NCBI RefSeq assembly: GCF_056746865.1
Contig: NZ_JBWKMP010000003.1
Direction: 5' to 3' (one strand)
From: a plasmid
DNA: 64,000 nucleotides
In this document: positions 54,927 to 64,000 of the stretch, piece by piece
Position numbering within the stretch: the first letter of the stretch is position 1
Layout of the letters: every line of letters begins with the position of its first letter
Position numbers and translations under genes: made by a program
Notes under the pieces: generated by a model
Databases searched by the model: none
The model's input: only the letters and a program-made list of their open reading frames with translations
What the model was told of the DNA's origin: nothing

Positions 54927-57900
54927 GTGGCGGGCACTCCATATGGAAAAAGCACTGGAAGAGAAATACAAAGCCCACGCCAAAAAAACAGGGTGATCAC
55001 CGCCGATGTAAGTGAGGTTATTTTGAACGATAAAAAAGACCGAATAGCGATAATCGACGCAATACAAACGGCAAACGCGAAAGAGCTAGCTGCGCTTTCA
55101 GAAATAAAAAAAGCACTTGAGTCTTACGGACGCAATCCTGATACCAGCGACGCACCACAAGGACGCGTAAGTCGTCGCCTGGCCCGAACAGGGAAAGCAG
55201 GGGCGCAACGCAACAGTTTCACACAGGGGCCGTATAAAGACCGGCTCCCTACCAGGAAACAGAGATTACGTATAAACAACACTAGCGAGATAGATAATCC
55301 GCAAAAAGCAGCAGCAGATCACCGCACCGCTCATTCGGAATCAAAAACAGCACCGCTGGCTGAAGGCAAAGCCACGAAGTCATCACCTGAGCGCATTCAA
55401 TCGCTCACTCCTGACATTCAGCCTGCAAGGCAAGAACAACCAGTTAGAGAAAACCAGAGCATCGCTGGTGCACCGTTACGGGATAGCAACGGACGATTTG
55501 CCTCTCAGAAAAAAAACGAGGATCTCGCACGCCAGAATGAGCTACGCGCACAGGCAAAACTACAGGTTGGGTTCCTGCGAAAACTCGGTTCCATTATGGG
55601 GGTTGATGGTTCAGGGAAAGCCGACGATGGAGCTGTAACCGATGCTGCCGGGGTAGGGGCTGGTGGTCCACTATGGATGGCAGCACGGGGCGTATTTGAT
55701 ATCAGCCGCGAGATTACTGGTAAGGCTAAATCATTGAAAGAATGGATAGATAATGGCAACGACAAGGCGGCTGGCGCACCGGTGGTCGCAAAAGCCCCCG
55801 CCATTACTTACCCGGCACCTGACAATGAAAGGAAGACTCCAGATAACGCGCCCGGTTCAGCAAAGGCATTTACTGAAGCCGTTAAAGAAAAATCTGTGCG
55901 TGCGATCGAAGAACAAACGAAAGTTCTTCAACGCAACGACAGCCAGATAATTGATGAGCTGGAAACTGTATCCGAAGAGATCCGGAAGCTAAGAAAGTCC
56001 CAGGAGAGTGGGCTAAAACTGAGCGACCTCCTCGGCGGTGGCAGATTACGCACCAAAATATCCCCTACACGCGGTCGTAGCAGTGCACGTGGTGGCAACA
56101 CGGGCCGCACTGGAGACAGTAAAGAAAACAAGGGCAAGAAGGGAAAAAACACCAGCAAACCTACTGAGACGGGCAGGAGTCAGGAAGGCAAAGAGGGGAA
56201 AAAAAATCAGCCAGGCAAAAACAACAGTGCGGGCGAGGAAAAAAATCGGACAAAAAATGCTGGTGGGAACGAGGGTAGTACCTCACCAAAATCATCGGGT
56301 GATAAATCTTCAGTTAAAACCAGAGCAGGTAAGGTCACTGAAGAAAGTGTAGCCAAAACGGCGACTGGTGGAGCGGCAGGGAAAGACGCTGGTAAAGCGG
56401 CAACTTCCGCTGGGGAAAGCCTTACCAGGAAAGAGGCGGGTAAGGTTGCCGTTGCCACTGGTGAAAACATCGCGAAAAAAGAAGCTGGAAAAGTGGCTCT
56501 CAAAGCTGCCGGAGGTGTTGCCGCAAGGGCCGGATTCAGGGCGATTCCAGTCATCGGCCAGGTGGCTATGGTTGGTTATGATGCCGTAGACGGCTACAGC
56601 GACACAGAAGCGCAGAGGGCGACTTATAACCTGAAGGAAGGGCAGGACGTTACAACACAGCAAAAGAGCGCCTACGCCGCTGCTAACGTCCTGGATATGG
56701 GCGGTCTGGTGACGGGAGCGGCTAACCTCATTGGCGAGGGGATGTCCGCGCTAGGCTTTGAAGGTGTCGGACAAAAACTTCAGAGTCTTGATACCAGCAA
56801 TATCGCTCGCGGCATAAATAGTTCTATCGACGCGTCGAAGAACGCATTCAGCAGCCTAAAAGAATCGTTCTCATCAAGCAGCGAAGGCACTGCGCAGGTT
56901 AAGAAAGCCGTTGAAGATGGCACCAAGCAAACGGTAGCCGCAATTAATGATCTGGCCCGACAGCTACAGGGCGGGCGCAGAGGTGAGGATGGCGTGGGTG
57001 AACACGGCTACAAATCGCCAGACGAATTTAAAGCGCCTGAAAAAAATACAATAACGGCTGATCTGAATATAGGCGGAAGCAACGCCAAGAACAGGAATTA
57101 CCGGAATAACAACCTGGGGAACCTGGTTTTTGCAAATCAGGAGGGGGCGGTACTGGAAGCGCCGAACGCGAAAGGCGAACAGCGTTTTGCGCGGTTTAAT
57201 ACGCCCGAAGAAGGGATTCGGGCATTGGCAAACCAGGTATCGAGTTATTACAACGGTACAAGTGCTGCCGCCGGGTATCAGAAGCTGCAAACAGTATCCA
57301 GCATCATTTCAAAATGGGCACCACCAACAGAGAACAACACCAATCAGTACATTGAAAACGTCAGCAAATATCTCGGGGTATCCCCCAACGATAAAATAGA
57401 CGTTAGCAACCCTGAAGTTATGACGCACCTTGTTCGCGCCATTGCGACGAAGGAGGGGGGTAACCCGGCGGTTAACAACAATTTCATCAAAACAGCTCTT
57501 GGTTCATTCAACGCTAAAACTGGGCGTTGGGAAGGGCAATTCAATGATGAAACGCTGGAACACATTAATAAAATCCAGAAGGAAAAGGGCGGTCCTCTAA
57601 TCGCTCGCAACTCCCAATATAGTGTCGGTAGCAAAGTCAAATACGCCAACGGCTCATCTTCTGCTATTCCTGCGTCAAGCGTAGCCCAGGCTGTAATGCC
57701 TAGCCCTACTGACGTGGTTCAACACGCACAGGCAGCTAAAAAACCGAAGGCAGCTCAACAGGAAAATGCCCAAGCGATCAGCCACGCGAAAGCTAGTGGC
57801 AATTCTTCCGCCGCAGCCGGATTGACGGAGCGGTTAATGAGTGCAGACGGTGTTGGGGGCGTCATCGCCGGGATAGTTGGGGGAGATCCCAATATGGGGC

Positions 57901-58790
57901 TAAATCTCGGCCCTGTCAGTTCTCCGGAAGAGATGTCCTCGTTAGCAGCAAAAGCCAAGCAATTGGATAAGTTTCTTGTTGAAAAAATATCCAGAGCAAC
58001 GGGCAAAAACTTTAGTTTCCAGAAGGCGGAACAGATCGCCGATATCACTACGGCTATACAGCAAAAGCGCAACGTTAACCGCGATACAGAAACCATTGGC
58101 CTGCTTCCGGAGAGTCCGGCAACCATCAGCGAGAAGCGTGCCACATCGACACCGGCGGGTGTGCAGATGTACGACAACGGCTACAAGGTGGTTGAAGGTG
58201 AGGACAGGGGCTTCTTTGGCTCGCTATTTGATTCAACTGTGTCAGGGCTTAACCAGGTAGGCTCCGCCGTCCTCCCCGCCGTTGGAGATAACCTCTCGCG
58301 ACTTGTGGGCGGTATTGATAGCACCGGAATGTTAAATGACTTTGTATTGCAGTCCTCTGGACAGAATACCGATGTTGCTCGCGCTATTAGTCCGTTAACA
58401 AGGAGTGTTGGCGGTTGGCTGAATGGTGGCATACAGAAAACGGCGGATACGATCAGGGACACAACTGGCGCAATCAATCAAAGCCTGTTTGCTTCGGGCG
58501 TGGCTGCTAAAGAACCGTTCCTTGCAATGCCTCCGCAGCTACCAATCGTCACGGACCTCGCACGAAGCGGAATAAGGCAGATGCTAACAACAGATACCGC
58601 AAATAACGATCCGGCTATGTTGAAAGCACTGGAGAACGTTTATTCCGTTCTTAAAGAGATTCTTGGCGTAAGCAAAGACAACCGCAAAGGCGATCAGGAC
58701 AAAGTTGTGAACACATCACAACCACAACCTCGTCAGCGTGCCAGCACGACTATCAATGACCCATCTCTTGACAAATTACTGGAGGATTAA
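54927..58790 (+). CDS. large virion-associated protein (tape-measure or injected-protein candidate; start uncertain)
   Basis: 1287 aa; central Gly/Lys-rich low-complexity tract; conserved-looking block NLGNLVFANQEGAVLEAPNAKGEQRFARFNTPEEGIRALANQV; no in-frame ATG near the 5' end. Confidence 0.45.
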   Translation: MAGTPYGKSTGREIQSPRQKNRVITADVSEVILNDKKDRIAIIDAIQTANAKELAALSEIKKALESYGRNPDTSDAPQGRVSRRLARTGKAGAQRNSFTQGPYKDRLPTRKQRLRINNTSEIDNPQKAAADHRTAHSESKTAPLAEGKATKSSPERIQSLTPDIQPARQEQPVRENQSIAGAPLRDSNGRFASQKKNEDLARQNELRAQAKLQVGFLRKLGSIMGVDGSGKADDGAVTDAAGVGAGGPLWMAARGVFDISREITGKAKSLKEWIDNGNDKAAGAPVVAKAPAITYPAPDNERKTPDNAPGSAKAFTEAVKEKSVRAIEEQTKVLQRNDSQIIDELETVSEEIRKLRKSQESGLKLSDLLGGGRLRTKISPTRGRSSARGGNTGRTGDSKENKGKKGKNTSKPTETGRSQEGKEGKKNQPGKNNSAGEEKNRTKNAGGNEGSTSPKSSGDKSSVKTRAGKVTEESVAKTATGGAAGKDAGKAATSAGESLTRKEAGKVAVATGENIAKKEAGKVALKAAGGVAARAGFRAIPVIGQVAMVGYDAVDGYSDTEAQRATYNLKEGQDVTTQQKSAYAAANVLDMGGLVTGAANLIGEGMSALGFEGVGQKLQSLDTSNIARGINSSIDASKNAFSSLKESFSSSSEGTAQVKKAVEDGTKQTVAAINDLARQLQGGRRGEDGVGEHGYKSPDEFKAPEKNTITADLNIGGSNAKNRNYRNNNLGNLVFANQEGAVLEAPNAKGEQRFARFNTPEEGIRALANQVSSYYNGTSAAAGYQKLQTVSSIISKWAPPTENNTNQYIENVSKYLGVSPNDKIDVSNPEVMTHLVRAIATKEGGNPAVNNNFIKTALGSFNAKTGRWEGQFNDETLEHINKIQKEKGGPLIARNSQYSVGSKVKYANGSSSAIPASSVAQAVMPSPTDVVQHAQAAKKPKAAQQENAQAISHAKASGNSSAAAGLTERLMSADGVGGVIAGIVGGDPNMGLNLGPVSSPEEMSSLAAKAKQLDKFLVEKISRATGKNFSFQKAEQIADITTAIQQKRNVNRDTETIGLLPESPATISEKRATSTPAGVQMYDNGYKVVEGEDRGFFGSLFDSTVSGLNQVGSAVLPAVGDNLSRLVGGIDSTGMLNDFVLQSSGQNTDVARAISPLTRSVGGWLNGGIQKTADTIRDTTGAINQSLFASGVAAKEPFLAMPPQLPIVTDLARSGIRQMLTTDTANNDPAMLKALENVYSVLKEILGVSKDNRKGDQDKVVNTSQPQPRQRASTTINDPSLDKLLED

Positions 58791-58795
58791 GACCG

Positions 58796-59170
58796 ATGCT
58801 TTATGAGATTGATGCCCGCCTTCAGACAAACGAGAGCGGGGTGGTGATCGCTGAAGGCGACACAAACGCCTGGATAGCCCGACTCGATGAATGGCTACGG
58901 ACACCAAATGGCAGCGTTTACGGATTTCCGTCATGGGGGAATCCGATGGAGGAGTTCAAACACGAACCCTTCGGTTCTGATACGTCACACATTGTTGAAG
59001 TGGCGATTGAAGCGCGAATGATGACGAAGCTACAGCAGGACTTACCAGGGCTTGGACTCCAGGCGATCCGCTGCGCGACTGTCTCTGAAGACCAGTTACT
59101 AATTAGCTTCCAGGCAAAAGGAGGCACCGTGAATGTTGTTATGCAGAAAGATAGCGGAGATACAGCGTGA
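58796..59170 (+). CDS. putative baseplate protein (gpW/gp25-like by position)
   Basis: 124 aa; stop overlaps the next gene. Confidence 0.3.
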   Translation: MLYEIDARLQTNESGVVIAEGDTNAWIARLDEWLRTPNGSVYGFPSWGNPMEEFKHEPFGSDTSHIVEVAIEARMMTKLQQDLPGLGLQAIRCATVSEDQLLISFQAKGGTVNVVMQKDSGDTA

Positions 59171-60597
59171 GTATTACCGAATTACTGGACAAGTTTAATG
59201 CCAAGCTGAACGAAAACCCCTGGTGGGCGCGATTTGTAAACAGCCAGTTTATTCAAATGCAGTCCGTTTTGGGCGCGCAGATTGTTTATATTGCGCGTAC
59301 ATTTGCAAGCCGTGCACTTACAGAAGGATTCATTTCCACCGCGACGCGTAGAGCAAGTATTCTCGCGGCAGCGGAAGACCGTGGCTATGTCGGTCGTTTG
59401 GTCGATGCGTCATACGGCACTGTTTCCATCACCAACAAAACCGACAGGGATATTACTCTACCCGGAGGGGCTGAATTACTGACAAGTGACCAGACACCAA
59501 TTGCAACCAGCAGTAGTGTTGTTATCCCTGCTGGTGAAACAGTACCCGGCATAGAAGTAAAACAGCATGAAGCAGTCAGCGTAACGTTCGACGTGGTGCA
59601 AGAAACACCATTCTTGACGCTGTTACTTTCCCGTGAGTTAACAGCAGAAGTCGCCAGCCTGGAAGTTGTCGTGATAACTAATGGTGTCGAGGAAAAATGG
59701 ACACATAACCCCCTGTTCCGCATGTCCAGGGATAACAGTAAACATTATGTGTTGGTTTATAAGCCGACAGAACAGATCGGCGTGCGCTTCGGTGATGGAT
59801 CAATGGGGATGATGCCAGCGGCAGGGAGTCAGGTACGCATTGATATTATGGCAAGCCTCGGTGATTACACGCTGGCTGAAGGCCAGAAACTTGAACCAGC
59901 AGGGAACATCTCCGGGTATGTCGAATCACTGGAAGTAAAAACCGATTCGATCATTTCTGGCGGTGGTGGCATGGAAACTACCGAGGAAACCCGAAACAGG
60001 GCGCAGTATTATGTGGCCTACGATGAGCAGGTTGTTTGGGGCGGTGATTACCGCCAGTTCATTCAGAACGTGGTCAGTGGCACGTCATGGCTTAACGTGT
60101 GGGGGGAGGCGCTACAGGAGAAAATCACGGGCTTTGATGTGCGTAATATCAACAAAATTTTCTTTTGTGGGCACAAGCCCGGCGTAACACAGGAAGCTCT
60201 GAAAACAGAGATATTATCAGCCCTTGAGAGTATCCCTAATGAGCTGAATAAGAAGTTCGAATACGTCGCCACCAATGAACAGCCGTTCAACATCAAATTT
60301 ACCGGTATCGTAAAAAAGAGTGTGCTGGTGGATGACGCGCTAACTGCAATTAAAGCGGCACTGGAGGAGAACTTCGGTAAAGACTCCATGTCATTTAGCC
60401 AGCTATTGCAGAGTGATGACGATTCACAGCAATGTTATGCACAGGTCAAAGTAAAAGATATCTGGCGAGTAATCGAATCGCTGGATATGTTCCTGTCTTA
60501 TGACGTGGCTACGCAGAACATGAAAGAAGCTGTGTACTTTAATGATTTTGTTTATCTGGACGTGGAATCATCAACGTTCAGCATAACCTATCCGTAA
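59167..60597 (+). CDS. putative baseplate J-like protein
   Basis: 476 aa; GTG start overlapping the upstream stop; placement between W-like and tail-fibre genes. Confidence 0.35.
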   Translation: MSITELLDKFNAKLNENPWWARFVNSQFIQMQSVLGAQIVYIARTFASRALTEGFISTATRRASILAAAEDRGYVGRLVDASYGTVSITNKTDRDITLPGGAELLTSDQTPIATSSSVVIPAGETVPGIEVKQHEAVSVTFDVVQETPFLTLLLSRELTAEVASLEVVVITNGVEEKWTHNPLFRMSRDNSKHYVLVYKPTEQIGVRFGDGSMGMMPAAGSQVRIDIMASLGDYTLAEGQKLEPAGNISGYVESLEVKTDSIISGGGGMETTEETRNRAQYYVAYDEQVVWGGDYRQFIQNVVSGTSWLNVWGEALQEKITGFDVRNINKIFFCGHKPGVTQEALKTEILSALESIPNELNKKFEYVATNEQPFNIKFTGIVKKSVLVDDALTAIKAALEENFGKDSMSFSQLLQSDDDSQQCYAQVKVKDIWRVIESLDMFLSYDVATQNMKEAVYFNDFVYLDVESSTFSITYP

Positions 60598-60606
60598 GAG
60601 GTCACA

Positions 60607-61449
60607 ATGCAGAATAACTGGCTAAAAGAGCGTCTGACGCAATTTAAACAGGATTCTAAATTGTGGGCCGCCTTTGTTGATACGATTCAGGACGTGTGGA
60701 ATGAATCGGTTGAACCTATTCTCACGCGAATAAGCAACCGTAAATCGTTTTTCACAATGGCAAGGGAGGATATGGACACTCGCATTGCTGAATATGGTCG
60801 TTTCTTTGTTATCACAGAAACGGACAAAACACGCAGGCCAATGCTATTAGCTCAACGACTGGATGAGGTGCACTTCAAAGGAACAGTAAGGCCGATAGAG
60901 CAAACGTTCTGGCGTGAATTTGGCACAATCCCCGTCTCATGGGAACCTTTGTATGCGCCTGTCGATACAGAAAAACATCCCTATGGTTCATTCTTCGCGA
61001 CCGCAAATGAAATACCGACCGCTCAGGCACAATATGGTGAGTTTTTCCTGACATCCAGAGGGCTGGTTGTCGTCAACCAAAATAAGCTGTATCGAGCTTA
61101 TGATAGCGATGACCGAGACGTTGCTGTACAGAAGCTACTTGCTGATTTTGATACGGTTATAGCGCCGCTATTGCCATTGCATATCGTGTTTGATGGTGTT
61201 TCTTTCCAGTTAAGCGCAACATTGCCGGAAATGGCGGAGATCCTGAATTGCTTATCTGCGGAAGTGTCCTTTATTGAGGGGGTGTACACGACGCAAGAGA
61301 TGGTCGATGAGCTATCTATTAGCGATACGATCATTCAAATAGGCGGCATCCAGTTCGCAGGAAGGCCAGACCGGACGACGGAAAGAGTGCTTCATCTCGA
61401 TGAACTCCCGCTCGACGCCTGGGCGCTGGATTATAATTTTGCACCTTAG
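60607..61449 (+). CDS. putative tail protein
   Basis: 280-aa ORF. Confidence 0.35.
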   Translation: MQNNWLKERLTQFKQDSKLWAAFVDTIQDVWNESVEPILTRISNRKSFFTMAREDMDTRIAEYGRFFVITETDKTRRPMLLAQRLDEVHFKGTVRPIEQTFWREFGTIPVSWEPLYAPVDTEKHPYGSFFATANEIPTAQAQYGEFFLTSRGLVVVNQNKLYRAYDSDDRDVAVQKLLADFDTVIAPLLPLHIVFDGVSFQLSATLPEMAEILNCLSAEVSFIEGVYTTQEMVDELSISDTIIQIGGIQFAGRPDRTTERVLHLDELPLDAWALDYNFAP

Positions 61450-61565
61450 CAAACCAGGCCCCGCCAACCTGGGTGGGGCCATTTCTCAAAACAAAAGACC
61501 ACTGGAAATCACAAACTGAACATACTGCCCTTCGATTTATTGCTTGTTAAAGGGGCTATGTTCGT

Positions 61566-62012
61566 ATGGCTGAAACTTTAAAATCCCAAAGCGATTCCAG
61601 TATTTACAAGGCGCAACTCCTTTCTTACTACTACTCTCGCCGTGCAGAGTCTGCAATCGGCAGAGGTGAGCGTTTTGTTATGACAAAGGCTTATTGGTGC
61701 AAGTCCGATCTTGTGACGGTAAATAGTGCTGGTGGCTGGACTATTTCTGATATTCCGCTCGACTTCAAGTTAAGTGATGCACAGCATTTTGCTGAATCCA
61801 ATCTCATTCTTTCCAGCCTCGATGGTGTCATTACGATTAATGCCGCTTTTCCACAAGAAACGATGCCGGACGATACACCTTACGATTTCAATACGCTGGT
61901 TCTCGTAGATGCAGAGGATCAGGCTTTTGGGGTTGTTTGTACTCAACAGGACACCTTATTCAAAGGTAAGCGATACAGCTTGCTCATGACCATTGAACAG
62001 GTCGAGGGATAA
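61566..62012 (+). CDS. hypothetical protein
   Basis: 148-aa ORF immediately before the tail-fibre gene. Confidence 0.4.
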   Translation: MAETLKSQSDSSIYKAQLLSYYYSRRAESAIGRGERFVMTKAYWCKSDLVTVNSAGGWTISDIPLDFKLSDAQHFAESNLILSSLDGVITINAAFPQETMPDDTPYDFNTLVLVDAEDQAFGVVCTQQDTLFKGKRYSLLMTIEQVEG

Positions 62013-62014
62013 TT

Positions 62015-64000
62015 ATGTGCGCAGATAAAGTAAAGAACATTGTCACCTTATCTTCGGACATTTCCGCTCCACTAATTGCAGACATGCAATACTTTGAGCT
62101 GTATAGCACCGAAGCTCTAAACAGGAAGATGAAAAATATCGTTCTGCCCGGTGTGTACTGTGGGTTTGAACCGGTGCCAGGGGATGGCCTGTTTGTGCGG
62201 ATTACATCCGAGAAAACAGAGGGAAGAGGGGCGGCTTCAGTTGACGTGGGTAAATGTCAGATATCCGTGCAGCAAGTCAGTGATGTTGTTGTTCCTGTAG
62301 AAGCAGGTGTAACGACAATCATCGTTCTTGAAGCTAATTACGAACATGGAGTGAAAACCAGCCAGGTAGATAGTTCATCGGATATTAGCGCAGCGAGAAT
62401 TATAGCTCTCGTTGATGAGGGCATAGCATCTAACCAGATTGAGCTATGCCGAGTGATCGTGCCTGACAATGCTCAAGCCGTTACCGCAGATATGATTAGC
62501 ACTAAATATCGCGCTAATCGTGCTGTAGGTGTTGAGTTCTCCAGTGCTTTGGATAGTGACGAAGAATATAAAGCTGCAACCCCCCTTGCTATCAGCACGT
62601 TAAATAAACTTAAAGCTCCGGTTGATAGCCCGGAATTTATAGGTATCCCTACATCTCCAACTCCGGAACAAGGTACAAACAGTACACAAATCGCAAACGC
62701 TGCCTTTGTTCAGGCCGCTATAACCGCACTTATTGATGGTTCTCCTTCAGCGTTGGATACGCTGAAAAAAATTGCAGATGCAATAAACAATGATCCCCAG
62801 TTTAGCCAGACGATTAATGATGCTTTAGCTCTTAAAGCGCCGTTATTAAGCCCGGCATTTACGGGGGTTCCAACAGCTCCTACGGCGTCACAAGGTACGA
62901 ACAACACTCAGATTGCAACAACCGCTTATGTTCGTGCCGCTATTTCTGCATTGGTCGGCTCATCACCAGAAGCTCTTGATACTCTTAATGAGCTTGCTGC
63001 GGCGCTGGGCAATGACCCGAACTTTGCGACTACAATGACAAATGCCCTGGCAGGTAAGCAGCCTCTCGACGCAACCTTAACCGCGCTCGCTGGCCTGGCG
63101 ACGGGGGCAAATAAATTACCGTACTTTACCGGAACAGACACTGTAGCCCAGACTGATTTAACGTCAGTCGGTCGCGATATTCTTGCTAAAACAAGCACAC
63201 TGGCTGTTATCCAATACCTTGGTTTAAGAGAACTCGGAACCAGCGGAGAAAAGCTCCCCCTGTTGAGCACAGCTAATACCTGGAGTGCACGCCAGACTTT
63301 CAGCGCGGGGATCACTGGTACGCTGACCGGGAACGCCGATACTGCGACGAAATTAAAAACAGCCAGAAAGATTAACGGTGTGGCATTTGATGGGTCGGCA
63401 GATATTACTCTGACCCCTGAAGATCTTGGCTTAACGGATATTGCTTCTCAAGCTGGTAACGCAGTTCAGCGTTCTGGCGACACAATGGGGGGGCAGCTAA
63501 AAATTGGCACAATAAATGCCCTTCGAATATTTAACCAGGACTTTGGCCTTATCTTCAGGAGATCCGAGGAATATCTTCATCTTATCCCGACAAATGAAGG
63601 GGAGGGTGAAAATGGTGACATCGGGCCATTAAGACCATTTTCTATAAACTTAAGAACTGGGTTGGTGTCCATCGGTAACGGCGTAAAAGTTGGCGGTGGT
63701 ATTACTGGTAATTTGACGGGAAACGCAGATACTGCCACAAAGCTCAAGACAGCTCGAACGATCGGCGGAGTGTCATTTGATGGCAGCGCCAATATCGACC
63801 TGCCTGGCGTGAATAAAACAGGTAATCAGAGCACTACCGGCAATGCTGCAACCGCAACGAAACTTCAGACGGCACGCACAATCGGCGGAGTGTCATTTGA
63901 TGGCAGCGCCAATATCGACCTGCCTGGCGTGAATAAAACAGGTAATCAGAGCACTACCGGCAATGCTGCAACCGCAACGAAACTTCAGACGGCACGCACA
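62015..64000 (+). CDS. tail fibre protein (3'-truncated by window end)
   Basis: ATG with GAGGG Shine-Dalgarno; open for 662 codons to the window edge; repeated tail-fibre motifs (SPxFTGxPTAPTAxQGTNNTQIA, GxLTGNADTATKLKTAR..GVxFDGSA). Confidence 0.7.
   Translation, partial: MCADKVKNIVTLSSDISAPLIADMQYFELYSTEALNRKMKNIVLPGVYCGFEPVPGDGLFVRITSEKTEGRGAASVDVGKCQISVQQVSDVVVPVEAGVTTIIVLEANYEHGVKTSQVDSSSDISAARIIALVDEGIASNQIELCRVIVPDNAQAVTADMISTKYRANRAVGVEFSSALDSDEEYKAATPLAISTLNKLKAPVDSPEFIGIPTSPTPEQGTNSTQIANAAFVQAAITALIDGSPSALDTLKKIADAINNDPQFSQTINDALALKAPLLSPAFTGVPTAPTASQGTNNTQIATTAYVRAAISALVGSSPEALDTLNELAAALGNDPNFATTMTNALAGKQPLDATLTALAGLATGANKLPYFTGTDTVAQTDLTSVGRDILAKTSTLAVIQYLGLRELGTSGEKLPLLSTANTWSARQTFSAGITGTLTGNADTATKLKTARKINGVAFDGSADITLTPEDLGLTDIASQAGNAVQRSGDTMGGQLKIGTINALRIFNQDFGLIFRRSEEYLHLIPTNEGEGENGDIGPLRPFSINLRTGLVSIGNGVKVGGGITGNLTGNADTATKLKTARTIGGVSFDGSANIDLPGVNKTGNQSTTGNAATATKLQTARTIGGVSFDGSANIDLPGVNKTGNQSTTGNAATATKLQTART
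63761..64000 (+). repeat. 120-bp tandem repeat within the tail-fibre gene
   Basis: 63761-63880 is repeated identically at 63881-64000 (ATCGGCGGAGTGTCATTTGATGGCAGCGCC...), encoding a 40-aa unit. Confidence 0.8.

Noticed and set aside
55505-58477. Multiple ORFs on both strands inside the 1287-aa gene
   Set aside because: Consequence of the Gly/Ala/Lys-rich repetitive coding sequence.

Overview
This window reads as a contiguous, gene-dense stretch of a P1-family phage-plasmid (Dre/rox type, so D6-like rather than P1 itself). All calls rest on reading the six-frame translations and the DNA by eye; no searches were run, so family names are recalled motif matches. Left to right: a pacA/pacB terminase pair with a GATC-rich pac-like cluster inside pacA; a leftward gene in the c1 immunity slot; a perfect rox site and the Cre-family recombinase dre; a rightward operon (dUTPase, a DUF2829/Tad2-like fusion, an apparently inactive terminase-ATPase paralog); phd-doc, humD and hot; a ~14 kb leftward accessory operon of about 35 small, often translationally coupled genes (Ea22-like paralogs, ASCH, Ref-like HNH, a lambda-type phosphatase, a ClpX-zinc-finger-like protein, DUF4406); a ref-like gene; an immI-like module (c4-like antisense RNA, icd-like, ant-like); secreted proteins; higBA; a virion-protein block; rdgC; a C5-methyltransferase-like gene and a dam gene split by IS2 with a 5-bp target duplication; two adjacent partition systems (ParA/ParG-like and ParMR with parC iterons); PAAR, spanin, head, sheath and tube candidates; a RepA-iteron plasmid replicon; a 1287-aa virion protein, baseplate candidates and a tail-fibre gene that runs off the window end. 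An operator-like motif (GTTAGAAAAT / ATTTTCTAAC) recurs at promoters across the window. No rRNA or CRISPR array was seen and no canonical tRNA was identified, though I did not scan exhaustively. The most unusual elements are the dead terminase-ATPase paralog next to the Tad2-like fusion, the c4-like antisense RNA with a tRNA-like end, and the ClpX-zinc-finger mimic.
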